From Enterococcus phage vB_OCPT_CCS1, in sequence record ON113170.1: a stretch of 64,000 bases of DNA; one strand, 5' to 3'. Made by a program: the position numbers and the translations under genes. The notes beneath the pieces are model-generated. The model searched no databases. It was not told the origin of the DNA and saw only the letters and a program-made list of their open reading frames with translations. The number at the start of each line of letters is the position of its first letter. Position 1 is the stretch's first letter. This document shows, one piece after another, positions 1 through 9,236 of this stretch.

Positions 1-4
1 GGAC

Positions 5-304
5 TTGACACAACACGGGGCAATCAGTGGAATGGTTGGCGGTTTGATTTACTACCACGAAACGACTCAATTTTTTAACGAACACCGTGACGAGATTCTC
101 GCAATGTTACACGAACTGAAAGAAGATACAGGGCTAGACGAAAAAGGGCTTTTTGGTGACAAGTGGAACGATTGGGAAGACTTACTGGAAGAAGAGGCGG
201 ACGACTTAGACCCGTTAGCAGATACAAACAACCAAAACTTGCTTGCATGGTTTGCGGTGGAAGAACTAGCAAGACAAGAACTTGACGAACTAGAAGAAGC
301 ATAA
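5..304 (+). CDS. hypothetical acidic protein (possibly 5'-truncated at window edge)
   Basis: ORF track 99 aa; acidic D/E-rich C-terminus; no upstream context visible. Confidence 0.4.
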   Translation: MTQHGAISGMVGGLIYYHETTQFFNEHRDEILAMLHELKEDTGLDEKGLFGDKWNDWEDLLEEEADDLDPLADTNNQNLLAWFAVEELARQELDELEEA

Positions 305-422
305 CAAACAAGGCGGGACGTGTTCCCGCCTTACATAAAAAAAATAAAAAAATTTTTATGTTTATCTATTGATAAAAAGCAATAAATTTGATAATATAAA
401 GACATAGAAAGGGAGCATAAGA

Positions 423-701
423 ATGTTAAATATAGAATATTTATATCAGCAACTAGAGAGAAGTTTTTACCCAATAAACGACGTTAAACGTTTATCAGTA
501 TTACACAAGCAAGAAATTAACAACTTAAAGAACCAGACAAGAAAAGGAGCTACACCGGAACACGTAGCCAAACAATTGGAAGAACTAGCAAAAGAAATGA
601 ACGAGCTCTCAAATCTTGCCTGTTCATTAGAGTTATATATTAGAAGTGTAAAGAACCAACTAGGCAACGAACTAGGGAAAAACGTGAATAAACACGAATA
701 A
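423..701 (+). CDS. hypothetical early protein
   Basis: ORF track 92 aa; upstream TTGATA-N17-TAATAT promoter-like element and AAGGGAG RBS. Confidence 0.6.
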   Translation: MLNIEYLYQQLERSFYPINDVKRLSVLHKQEINNLKNQTRKGATPEHVAKQLEELAKEMNELSNLACSLELYIRSVKNQLGNELGKNVNKHE

Positions 702-788
702 AAAAATTTAAAAAAAGTTATTGACAAAAGACAATAAATGCTATACAATAAACTTGTAAGATAAATAAGAGAAAGAGGGAACTAAAAA

Positions 789-1202
789 ATGAGTAAAAAA
801 GTTGAAACAGTTATCACACTAATGAAACGAGCAGAAAAGAAAGGGAAAGCAATCAAACGAGCAAGACAAAGAGACCGATGGGGCGTGGGAGACTTAAAAG
901 AAGTCTATAGAGTAGAAAACGATGGTAAAACAGTAAGCTTATACCACTATGAAACACTAACCGCAAAAGTTGACCTTGAAAACATGCAACTAATAGAGAT
1001 ATACGGGGAAAGCCGTTCGGATAGTGATAGCGTGGCAACTTTCTTATCTGAGTTAGGTTTTAAAAACTTCGACTTTGGTTTTAAACCCGTGAACGGTGGT
1101 TTTTGGTTATTCACTTACAAGGACGGGGAAAGACAAGAAGTCTACCTAGATGAACACGGGGAAAATGCCGTTATAAATGAATTTAACCGGGTACAGGCAT
1201 AA
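789..1202 (+). CDS. hypothetical early protein
   Basis: ORF track 137 aa; upstream TTGACA-N17-TACAAT and AGAGGGAA RBS. Confidence 0.6.
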   Translation: MSKKVETVITLMKRAEKKGKAIKRARQRDRWGVGDLKEVYRVENDGKTVSLYHYETLTAKVDLENMQLIEIYGESRSDSDSVATFLSELGFKNFDFGFKPVNGGFWLFTYKDGERQEVYLDEHGENAVINEFNRVQA

Positions 1203-1227
1203 CAAAGAGAGAGAGGAACGGGAAACA

Positions 1228-1419
1228 ATGAAAATAATAACTAGAAAAAGTTATATATTCAGAACTACAGACACACGACTACAGCAATTTAATGATAAGA
1301 GGGTACTCGTTATTAATAAACTATCAGAAGAAGAGGCGGAAGAGTTAAACATGTATAATGTTTGCTTAAACGGTGTAGCTTGCTTTACTGTATACGAGGA
1401 CGAGTTACACGAGGTATAG
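1228..1419 (+). CDS. hypothetical small protein (start moved to ATG with RBS GAGGAACGGGAAACA)
   Basis: ORF track 1177..1419; internal ATG at 1228 has a purine-rich RBS. Confidence 0.4.
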   Translation: MKIITRKSYIFRTTDTRLQQFNDKRVLVINKLSEEEAEELNMYNVCLNGVACFTVYEDELHEV

Positions 1420-1500
1420 GGAGGGAGAGAAGAAACAAGGCAAGAAAGAAAGAAAGAGAGAGAGAAAGGGGGGGGGAGGTAAAGAAGAAAAAGACCTTAG
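1419..1500. repeat. ~80-nt polypurine (GA-rich) tract
   Basis: GGGAGGGAGAGAAGAAACAAGGCAAGAAAGAAAGAAAGAGAGAGAGAAAGGGGGGGGAGGTAAAGAAGAAAAAG, almost no pyrimidines on the plus strand. Confidence 0.7.
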
Positions 1501-2025
1501 AACCTTATAAACCAAAAAGGAGCAAAGAACCCCAGATTTTCAAAACCCGAGCTTTTCGGAACCCGCTTATCAGGGCGCACACTGTTTTCCTATCATTCTA
1601 GCACAAACAGGAAGCTAGAGGGCGCACAATAGCCCTAGGAAGCCACAGGAAGCCCGTAGCGGGGTTTTACATAGATTTATATATAATTATCCATAAATAA
1701 ACAGAACTATGTTAGAATGCTTTAAAATAGCGTAAAATAAATTGAAATATTTAATAGTTTATACTTGCATCGCATCTCTATACATGGTATAGTATAGATA
1801 GTTAAAGGAGAGCTTCACTTATTCGGACGAGAAACAAAACAAAAAAAGTTGAGTTTAATGCTTGACAAGGTAAAATATACATGATAATATAAGGGTGTGG
1901 TTAGGGTTAAACCTTACAGGAAAACGAGCACGACCACACAAAGAAAAAAATTTAAACTTTTCTATTGACATTAAACAATAACTTTGATATACTTAATACA
2001 GATAAGAGAAAGAGAGTGAATAAAA

Positions 2026-2292
2026 ATGAAACTAAAAGACTTTATCAAACTAGCAGAATCCAAGGGCGCTACATTAGAGGCATACAACGAGCTAGGAGGC
2101 TATGAACTAACTAGAGGGAACATAGTAGACCAGAACCCGGTTTTGATTGCTTACATGCAAGGAGCTTACAGTGTAGAAATACCAAACAAGGAACTAGAAA
2201 ATAAGGAGCTATCGGAATTAGTATTTGTTTATAAGAATGTAAGTCTTATCTATCCAAATGAAAAAGAACTATTGTCAGAATTAAAACTATAA
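2026..2292 (+). CDS. hypothetical early protein
   Basis: ORF track 88 aa; TTGACA-N17-TATACT promoter at ~1964-1993; RBS AGAGAGTGA. Confidence 0.55.
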   Translation: MKLKDFIKLAESKGATLEAYNELGGYELTRGNIVDQNPVLIAYMQGAYSVEIPNKELENKELSELVFVYKNVSLIYPNEKELLSELKL

Positions 2293-2357
2293 AAATAATA
2301 TAATACTAGTGAGGAGGCTTTTCCCCCTCACTTACACAAAAAAGGGGCTAACTAAAA

Positions 2358-2600
2358 ATGACCAAGCAACTAATGGAAGAAGCGCTTGACTACCTAAAGA
2401 AAGAGGGAAAACAAATCACTAGAAAACACGTTACACAGTACGGCTTTATCATGTATGAACATCCGACCTGTTCAAGTGCAATTATTATGGTAAAAGATGA
2501 CAAAATTGTAGGACAAACAAACAAAGCTAAAATATTAGAAAACAATAGCAGAACAAGGGAAAAACTAGAAACATCTGACTTTTTAGAATTTACATTATAA
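2358..2600 (+). CDS. hypothetical protein
   Basis: ORF track 80 aa; RBS AAAGGGG upstream. Confidence 0.5.
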   Translation: MTKQLMEEALDYLKKEGKQITRKHVTQYGFIMYEHPTCSSAIIMVKDDKIVGQTNKAKILENNSRTREKLETSDFLEFTL

Positions 2601-2617
2601 AGGGGACTGACTAAAAA

Positions 2618-2926
2618 ATGAATAAAAAGCTAATTATTTCATACCAAAAAGAGTGGGACGAAAACGGGACGACATACCGGCAAACGGTAAAAATACCAAT
2701 GGAATTATTTAACCATATCAATGCTAAACTAAAAGAAGCTATCAAGGACAAGAAGCATAACACTATCACAGATAATTTTAAACATGTTTATATCAAAACG
2801 CTACACAGGGGGAAAAATTACACGACTATCACAACAAGTGGCATTGTTAGGTATGAATTGGAGCAACTAGGTGTAGACGTTAGCAGATACTTAACAGAAA
2901 GAAACACAATTATAGAATCATATTAA
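2618..2926 (+). CDS. hypothetical protein
   Basis: ORF track 102 aa; RBS AAGGGGA upstream. Confidence 0.5.
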   Translation: MNKKLIISYQKEWDENGTTYRQTVKIPMELFNHINAKLKEAIKDKKHNTITDNFKHVYIKTLHRGKNYTTITTSGIVRYELEQLGVDVSRYLTERNTIIESY

Positions 2927-2998
2927 TATAACGGCATATAAAGCCCGTAGCGAGGTTTTAGCGGGCTTTATATATAAATACCTTAAGGAGGAAACAAG

Positions 2999-3139
2999 GT
3001 GCTTACAGTGGAAAATAAGGGCGTTAGGTGGCTAGTGAGTAAAGAAGCATGGAAAGCGGGCTTTGCTATGGAGGTGCTGGGCTTGCCAGATTGTAAGGTT
3101 AAAACCGTGTTAAAAGCGGGTTATAAAATTATTATCTAA
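2999..3139 (+). CDS. possible small GTG-start protein (46 aa)
   Basis: AAGGAGG then 6 nt then GTG; open to TAA at 3139; below ORF-track size cutoff. Confidence 0.3.
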   Translation: MLTVENKGVRWLVSKEAWKAGFAMEVLGLPDCKVKTVLKAGYKIII

Positions 3140-3228
3140 CTATATAATCTTTTTTATTGACATTAAACAATAACTTTGGTATTCTATACTTGTAAGATAA
3201 ATAAAGCAAATGAAAGAGAGTGTTAAGA

Positions 3229-3372
3229 ATGGAAACTAACAAAGCATATGAAAGACTATTGAAAGAAGTAGAACTATTACAAAATGATTTGATGGATATT
3301 GAGGATTATTCCGAAGAAGTGTACCAAGCCTTTGAAAGACTAATCGAAGAACTTGAAGAGGTAGCCGAATAG
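3229..3372 (+). CDS. small acidic protein (47 aa)
   Basis: TTGACA-N17-TATTCT promoter at ~3164-3193 (near-identical to the 1964 promoter); RBS GAAAGAGAG; ATG at 3229; below ORF-track cutoff. Confidence 0.45.
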   Translation: METNKAYERLLKEVELLQNDLMDIEDYSEEVYQAFERLIEELEEVAE

Positions 3373-3564
3373 GACTAGACCAGTATTATAGGACTATACC
3401 AGTTAACCCCACCCCGTGGTTTTGCGACCGTATTTAGGGGCGGGGCTATCAGGGCACCCTCGACCCTCGGGTACCTATTTTTTGGACTGGAAATTTTTTC
3501 TAGAAATTTGGAAAGTCAACACTAAAAGTCAACACCTTACACTAACCCCACCCCGTTGTTTTCT

Positions 3565-3781
3565 CTAGTCGATTTCTTCTATCTGCGTGTTTAATAGATA
3601 CATAGTACCACCCACACCCGTACCCTCTAGAACGATACACTCCAAGAACATTATCCTAGGGGCACTGACATCCTCTAAGGAACTAACTTCTCCATTTAAG
3701 ACATCCGCACCGACCACCTGCACTACATGTCCTAATACTGTCCTGTATTCCTTACCTATTACTACTTGTTCTACCATAGTA
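3565..3781 (-). CDS. hypothetical protein (start chosen at MVEQVV... with strong RBS AAGGGGGAAAG)
   Basis: ORF track 3565..3900; internal ATG at 3781 has a far better RBS than the 3900 ATG. Confidence 0.45.
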
Positions 3782-3832
3782 CTTTCCCCCTTATAAAGAC
3801 CCCACCCCGTTGATAGGGATGAGGTCTTTTTA

Positions 3833-4105
3833 TTAATTCTTACGTACAACCATTTCCTCTGCATAGGGTACAAAATCTGGTTCATGCCCATACAGGTCAT
3901 ATAAGTACGCCTCTAATGAAGATTGGACAAGCGCCTTGACTACATCCATAGGTTCTCCCCTCCAGTAGACTTCTTCATCATAGATTGCCTGTGTGTCACT
4001 ATATCTCACAATTACACGTATACAAGGTTTACCATTAATAAGGGTGTCATCCTTAAGGTTTATGTCGAACCCTCTATATGTGTAATATCTGTATCGTTTC
4101 TTCAT
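3833..4105 (-). CDS. hypothetical protein
   Basis: ORF track 90 aa. Confidence 0.5.
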   Translation of the reverse strand: MKKRYRYYTYRGFDINLKDDTLINGKPCIRVIVRYSDTQAIYDEEVYWRGEPMDVVKALVQSSLEAYLYDLYGHEPDFVPYAEEMVVRKN

Positions 4106-4122
4106 GCTAATGCTCCTAACTA

Positions 4123-4533
4123 CTAAAATTTAAGTGTGTCTTTTAATAACCATATAGTAGTAACTCGAGTACCTTTATGATTCCCTGTTACCAAGCAGAA
4201 CTGTGCGGACTCTCCTTCGTAGATACCGTCCTCTACGTGATGTAAGGCTTCTGTAACACCTAAGTCATCAAGCCCTAAGTATTCTAGATTATGTTCAATC
4301 GTACCAATTTCTACAGCGAAGTGGTTAGCTCGAATACCCATCCATAGGTTATCTGCTTCTGTATGGGAATAAATCTCTTCTGCATGGAACCCTCCAAGAA
4401 TAACCATTAGGCTTTCTTCGTCTACGATACCTTGAAGCGTAATAGTAGTTCGGTTACCTTGCATGATAATCTTCCCTATATACTTTGCGCCTTCTAAGCG
4501 TTCTTCCCAGTTTTCTTGTTTTTTGTTTTCCAT
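4123..4533 (-). CDS. hypothetical protein
   Basis: ORF track 136 aa; RBS AGGAGGAAGAA upstream. Confidence 0.55.
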   Translation of the reverse strand: MENKKQENWEERLEGAKYIGKIIMQGNRTTITLQGIVDEESLMVILGGFHAEEIYSHTEADNLWMGIRANHFAVEIGTIEHNLEYLGLDDLGVTEALHHVEDGIYEGESAQFCLVTGNHKGTRVTTIWLLKDTLKF

Positions 4534-4770
4534 TTATTCTTCCTCCTTTGATATTTCATAGCTTTTTAACATACGATAAGATATTAACTCCAGTATAGCT
4601 GTAAGGTCTAGTATTACAACAGTTAAGACACACATCCCTACAATAAACCAAGGTGTAGGTGCGCTTGATACGGTTGTTAATTCGTGATACACAATATAGC
4701 CTATTAAGTAATTAAGGAATGCTAAAAGTGTACCTGCTATTAATAGTGTGCAATAAACCAAATATTTCAT
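4534..4770 (-). CDS. small membrane protein
   Basis: ORF track 78 aa; two hydrophobic segments; start/stop overlap with neighbours (operon packing). Confidence 0.5.
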   Translation of the reverse strand: MKYLVYCTLLIAGTLLAFLNYLIGYIVYHELTTVSSAPTPWFIVGMCVLTVVILDLTAILELISYRMLKSYEISKEEE

Positions 4771-4994
4771 TTAGTCTCCCCCACTATAAATCGTGCTTTA
4801 GCCTTTAACGGTGCGTATTCCTTTTCTTTTAACCTTACATACTTATAATTAACTCCCAACACTCCCGGAGAACATACGTAAGCAACTACACCCCAGTCTT
4901 TGACTTCGATTACTGTAGCAAAACATCCCCCAAATACAGCATCAAAATGCGGGACTATTTGAACAACATCATATAACTCTGTGTGATACTTCAT
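4767..4994 (-). CDS. hypothetical protein
   Basis: ORF track 75 aa; overlaps the next gene by 4 nt. Confidence 0.5.
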   Translation of the reverse strand: MKYHTELYDVVQIVPHFDAVFGGCFATVIEVKDWGVVAYVCSPGVLGVNYKYVRLKEKEYAPLKAKARFIVGETK

Positions 4995-5222
4995 TTAGTT
5001 TTCCTCCGTACTTAATGGGTCTTGCAGATAGAAGTCAGATATTCCCCATTTGTTTACATAAGTGATTTCTCCTTCTTTACTACCTGTCACCTGTTTTAGT
5101 TTGTATGTGACTTCTTCCCCGTCTTCACGAGAGTTTCCGTCTTTGTCCACTACAAACAATGGAGTCTTCTCCGTGTCTAATAGCTCATAACGTTCACCTG
5201 TTAGCTTGTGTATATAAATCAT
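4995..5222 (-). CDS. hypothetical protein
   Basis: ORF track 75 aa. Confidence 0.5.
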   Translation of the reverse strand: MIYIHKLTGERYELLDTEKTPLFVVDKDGNSREDGEEVTYKLKQVTGSKEGEITYVNKWGISDFYLQDPLSTEEN

Positions 5223-5223
5223 G

Positions 5224-5457
5224 TTATCTCTCCTTTAGAATAATACACATATAGATACAATCACCATAGTTTTCACTGTCATATGTGATATAGTCTACTT
5301 CATAGTCCAGTAATTGTTCCGGGAAATCTTTTGGGTAAAACTCCGTACACCACGACTGTTCTGCACAATAGGGTTCCCCGTCAAAGTCGTTAATATAGAT
5401 TCGGAAAGAGTCACCAACTGATAAGATGTCTCTAACTTGTCTAAGTGTTAGTTTCAA
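5224..5457 (-). CDS. hypothetical protein
   Basis: ORF track 77 aa. Confidence 0.5.
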   Translation of the reverse strand: MKLTLRQVRDILSVGDSFRIYINDFDGEPYCAEQSWCTEFYPKDFPEQLLDYEVDYITYDSENYGDCIYMCIILKER

Positions 5458-5523
5458 ATGTCTTGCACCTCGTTTCCATGATTTCTAAGACAGCTATTAT
5501 CTGTAGCTTACACTTAAAGTGTA

Positions 5524-6042
5524 CTACTCTCCGCTTAAAAAGTCTATGTCCATTCGAACTCTACTAAGAGCTTTACCTAATAAGTTTAGCCCCTGCCATT
5601 GTTCTGGGTAGTTAATACGTAGGTCATTCTCTTTTAGTCCAACACCCCAAATTCTATCGTAAGGGCTAGCTTCAACAAATACTGTATCCTTCGGAAAGCT
5701 TAGCAGGAAGTCCAATAGCTCCTTATTCTGTGTAAACTTATAAAAATTTCCGTAGTAAACAATGCGTTCTCTAACAAGTTGCCATTCAGACTCATCGAAG
5801 TTCTTCACTTGTCTTCCTAATGCCTTTGCTTCTTTAGGTGTAGCAACTTGTAGTATCTTACTCCCTGTATCAAAATCACCAAAATAAATAGCTTTGTTAT
5901 ACATCATAAAATGTTCGCATGTAGGAAAAGATATGGTACCTTCTAAGGCGGTGAATGATGCGGGATACCATTGTGATAAACACTCTTTTCCTATTTTGTT
6001 TGGATTTTTAGCAATATGTCCCCAAAAAGGCACAATAGCCAT
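5524..6042 (-). CDS. NADAR (YbiA-like) domain protein
   Basis: C-terminal VFVEASPYDRIWGVGL matches the NADAR family LvEasp.D.iWGiG signature; upstream EHFMMYNKA...F segment also fits. Confidence 0.7.
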   Translation of the reverse strand: MAIVPFWGHIAKNPNKIGKECLSQWYPASFTALEGTISFPTCEHFMMYNKAIYFGDFDTGSKILQVATPKEAKALGRQVKNFDESEWQLVRERIVYYGNFYKFTQNKELLDFLLSFPKDTVFVEASPYDRIWGVGLKENDLRINYPEQWQGLNLLGKALSRVRMDIDFLSGE

Positions 6043-6054
6043 AATTAATTCCCC

Positions 6055-6252
6055 CTATACCCATGAAATCTTTCTATTTTGTTGCGGACGGAACACTTCT
6101 ACCTTACGTGTGTGAATGTCCCTACCTATAATAGCGTAAGGACTGTAATCTATCACTTCATACAAACGTACAGTGTAGAGGTGTTCTTCTCTTATAAAGC
6201 TACTAGCTTCTGCAATACTGAAAACCTTGTTAACAATACGTACTGCTTTCAT
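6055..6252 (-). CDS. hypothetical protein
   Basis: ORF track 65 aa. Confidence 0.4.
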   Translation of the reverse strand: MKAVRIVNKVFSIAEASSFIREEHLYTVRLYEVIDYSPYAIIGRDIHTRKVEVFRPQQNRKISWV

Positions 6253-6419
6253 TACACACTACTGTACCTTTCTTGCTCTTCATAAATAGCCCTGTCTTCT
6301 TGTAGTTCTATTTCTCTGTCTATACAACTATAACAGATTTCGAAGGTGTAATCGAAGTCACAGTCTAGTTCACTTACTAATTTCCCGCAGTTAACGCAAC
6401 ATAACTCACTCTTCATATA
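6252..6419 (-). CDS. small zinc-ribbon protein (CxxC...CxxC)
   Basis: ORF track 6252..6518; start moved to MKSELCCVNCG with RBS AAAGAGGT; two Cys pairs. Confidence 0.4.
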   Translation of the reverse strand, partial: YMKSELCCVNCGKLVSELDCDFDYTFEICYSCIDREIELQEDRAIYEEQERYSSV

Positions 6420-6828
6420 GTCCGACCTCTTTAAGAATTTCTGTAACAGTCTCAGCCTTCTCTTCTTCTGTCGGAGATTCATACGTCCAATCTGATTGTC
6501 TATCATAATAAGTCCCATGTCCTACGTGGTAACCATTAAGACTATCTTTTATAGCCTCAGTTAATCCGTCCACGAGTTCGTCAGCTATATAGGCTTTAAC
6601 AGGTTTACTAGCTAAAAACTGCACATTGTAGTAGTATTTAGCAAATGATAGGTCACGTTCTTGTAGATATGTTTTAATTTTTTCGTGAGTAAATTCCTCT
6701 GGTAAGTATAGTTGCTCATATCTCGTTTGGAAATCAGCATGTTCCATTATTACATCTAGGTCGTCACTGTCTACCTCTGGGTGCTCAGCCTCTGTAATGA
6801 CCACAGTATGTTTAATTAATTCAATCAT
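6406..6828 (-). CDS. hypothetical protein
   Basis: ORF track 140 aa; RBS GGAGGTATACAAG upstream. Confidence 0.5.
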   Translation of the reverse strand: MIELIKHTVVITEAEHPEVDSDDLDVIMEHADFQTRYEQLYLPEEFTHEKIKTYLQERDLSFAKYYYNVQFLASKPVKAYIADELVDGLTEAIKDSLNGYHVGHGTYYDRQSDWTYESPTEEEKAETVTEILKEVGLYEE

Positions 6829-6978
6829 TCTTGTATACCTCCAATAAAATTACAGTACCAATAAACAAAATATGTCCTAAGATATAAATTCCTACAATAC
6901 TCAAAGTAACAAGTACAGGGTGGTTAGCAAACCCACCCCATACATTGTAAAAAATGTCGAGCATCTGTTTGACCTTCG

Positions 6979-8223
6979 CTATTTAGCCTTAAAATTGTAA
7001 ACAGGCTTAACAATCTTTTGAATATCTACTGTATCTTTGATGATTTCTTTGATTTCGTCAGCATTCTTGTAGGCTTTTGGTGCTTCATCTAGTGTACTTT
7101 GAACAACAGATGTTGTATAGATACCAGACATTGTTTGTTTAAATTCGTCTAAATCGAGCAGTTCTTTTGCTTTAGAACGAGACAATACACGTCCTGCTCC
7201 ATGGGGTGCAGAATTATTCCAATCAGTGTTTCCTTTTCCTACACCGATGATAGAGCCCTCTTTCATATTTAAAGGGATAACGAGTCTAACACCTTCCTGT
7301 GCATCTGTGGCACCTTTACGAATAGTGTTGGAATCTACATCAATATAATTATGAATAGAATCAAATAAGTCAACTACAGTCCAACCCATGTTAGAAACAA
7401 TCTTATCAATGATAGTTTTACGATTCATGTAAGCATAACGTTGTGCTAGTTGCATATCGTTTAAATAATCATCCACTGCGGAACCTTCTAAGTATGGCAA
7501 TTGTGGTTTAACATTGACAGCTTTAAAATTCTTAATAGCCTCTTGAATTTCTGACTGTCTGCCTTCTTGCTTAAGTGTCTCAATCATAGTTGCTAAACCT
7601 TTGTCATCACGTTCATGGTATAAATCCGCTTTCTTCTGGTGATATTGGGCTACTTTAAGTCCTAAAGAGCGGGAACCTGTGTGAACTAACAAGTAGTAAT
7701 TGTTTTCGTCATCTTTACTTAATTCGATAAAATGGTTTCCACCACCTAAAGTACCTAAAGACAAGGTAACACGTTCAATAAATGGTTCTTCTGTTGCACC
7801 TTTAAACGTCATAGATTCTAACATGTGCTTAATCGTATTCGGTACATTAGGATGAAGTTCGTCCAAATTTTCTCTAATGTTAAACCCAGAAGGAACCACT
7901 TTGTTAATCACTGCATCCAATTTAGCCCATTCGGTATCTGTCGTGTCTTCTGGCTTTTCAATTTGAGCTACCATAATACCACAACCTACATCTACGCCAA
8001 CAATAGAGGGTACAACTCGATTAATACCGTCTGGATAATGAATCGTTGTACCAACTGTGGAACCTTTACCATAATGTGCATCTGGCATAATTCTAACAAT
8101 GCCACCTTCTGTTACTGGTTCATTAATCATTGTTGTAACCTGACCGATAGTGCCTTCATCCACCGTGTTAATAAACATTTTCGCATCGGTATACTTACCG
8201 TTAAGTTCAATTAAGTTATTCAT
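6979..8223 (-). CDS. rtcB: RtcB-family RNA 3'-phosphate/5'-OH ligase
   Basis: 414 aa; TLGGGNHFIELS matches the conserved RtcB GGNHF metal-binding motif; length and the HYGKG/HTGSRSLG segments are consistent with RtcB. Confidence 0.85.
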   Translation of the reverse strand: MNNLIELNGKYTDAKMFINTVDEGTIGQVTTMINEPVTEGGIVRIMPDAHYGKGSTVGTTIHYPDGINRVVPSIVGVDVGCGIMVAQIEKPEDTTDTEWAKLDAVINKVVPSGFNIRENLDELHPNVPNTIKHMLESMTFKGATEEPFIERVTLSLGTLGGGNHFIELSKDDENNYYLLVHTGSRSLGLKVAQYHQKKADLYHERDDKGLATMIETLKQEGRQSEIQEAIKNFKAVNVKPQLPYLEGSAVDDYLNDMQLAQRYAYMNRKTIIDKIVSNMGWTVVDLFDSIHNYIDVDSNTIRKGATDAQEGVRLVIPLNMKEGSIIGVGKGNTDWNNSAPHGAGRVLSRSKAKELLDLDEFKQTMSGIYTTSVVQSTLDEAPKAYKNADEIKEIIKDTVDIQKIVKPVYNFKAK

Positions 8224-8404
8224 CAGTTTTCTCCCCCACTAATACTTTCTTCATCTTTTCATCTAGTCTCTGTATAATCTCTTGTTGTTCCTGAGCTAGC
8301 TTTGCATGGTGTTCACGCTGTTTTTTATACTTAGCATAAGCAAATAGTTCTTCTGTAGTTAGTTCTTCCAACTTACGTGTAAATGGTGTAGCCTCAAATT
8401 CCAT
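8216..8404 (-). CDS. hypothetical protein
   Basis: ORF track 62 aa; overlaps rtcB start. Confidence 0.45.
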   Translation of the reverse strand: MEFEATPFTRKLEELTTEELFAYAKYKKQREHHAKLAQEQQEIIQRLDEKMKKVLVGEKTDE

Positions 8405-8492
8405 TACAAGTACCTCCTTGTTTTCTATACTTAAAGTATATCCTGTAAGATAAAAAGAAGCAAGCAGTTTTTACACTACTTGCTATATTTTT

Positions 8493-9236
8493 TTAAACAA
8501 ATTCTTCTCTTACTTCTCCCCAACTTTGGTCTGGGTCTGGTAAGCTAAAAGGTAGCTTATCCTGTTCTTCCTTAGATAAGCTCTGATAACACTTCTCATG
8601 TACTGCAATGGTTCCAGAACTCCCCTGAGCAACAGGTAACACACTAATCAATTCCCGCATAGCTTCCCTAAACTTTTTATAATCTTCGTCATCATCGTTA
8701 TCGACTAGGGCATACACATCGCATTCTGCTTTACGTGCATTTGCAATGTTTTCCTCACTAGGAGCATCATAGAAATTTTTTCTTTGTAATTCAAGATACT
8801 TGACTGCTTTAATTAGTCTTTTAGCATAGTTTTTAGCTATCGGGTCAACATCAATACCATTTTGTAAATATTCTACTAATTGATACTTCGCATCCCCTGA
8901 TGAGATACCGAATAAAGATAAGTAACTTGTAGATAAAATATCTCCACTTAGAAGTATCTTGTTAGAACCAAAATGGTGAGAATCCGCCCTACCAAACTCT
9001 GAATCACATATTTCAGAATGGCTATTGGGGTTTGGAACACCATCTGTTGTATGGTCTTTCCCTCTATAGTTCTTATCTTCCACGACACCACCATACTCAT
9101 TGTAATGTCCTACCGTTTCTCCAATTAATTTTCCTTGTCTGATATGTTTTAAACGACAAAGTTCCCCACCTTTAAAGCAGTCACCCACAATCTGTGTATT
9201 ACATACTGGACAAATATAACCAAAACATCCCATCAC
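8493..9236 (-). CDS. hypothetical Cys-rich protein
   Basis: ORF track 247 aa; N-terminal CPVCN...C..C cluster. Confidence 0.5.
   Translation of the reverse strand: MMGCFGYICPVCNTQIVGDCFKGGELCRLKHIRQGKLIGETVGHYNEYGGVVEDKNYRGKDHTTDGVPNPNSHSEICDSEFGRADSHHFGSNKILLSGDILSTSYLSLFGISSGDAKYQLVEYLQNGIDVDPIAKNYAKRLIKAVKYLELQRKNFYDAPSEENIANARKAECDVYALVDNDDDEDYKKFREAMRELISVLPVAQGSSGTIAVHEKCYQSLSKEEQDKLPFSLPDPDQSWGEVREEFV

Noticed and set aside
1362-1601. ORF-track protein 1362..1601 (RERRNKARKKERERERGGEVKKKK...)
   Set aside because: It is the translation of the polypurine tract: low-complexity, out of frame with the neighbouring gene and without an RBS. Called a repeat, not a CDS.
3587-3796. Plus-strand ORF 3587..3796 (S/T/P-rich)
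   Set aside because: Antisense to the better-supported minus-strand gene 3565..3781 (strong RBS). Composition is low-complexity. Rejected.
7825-8214. Plus-strand ORF 7825..8214
   Set aside because: Lies entirely antisense within rtcB, which has clear conserved motifs. Spurious.
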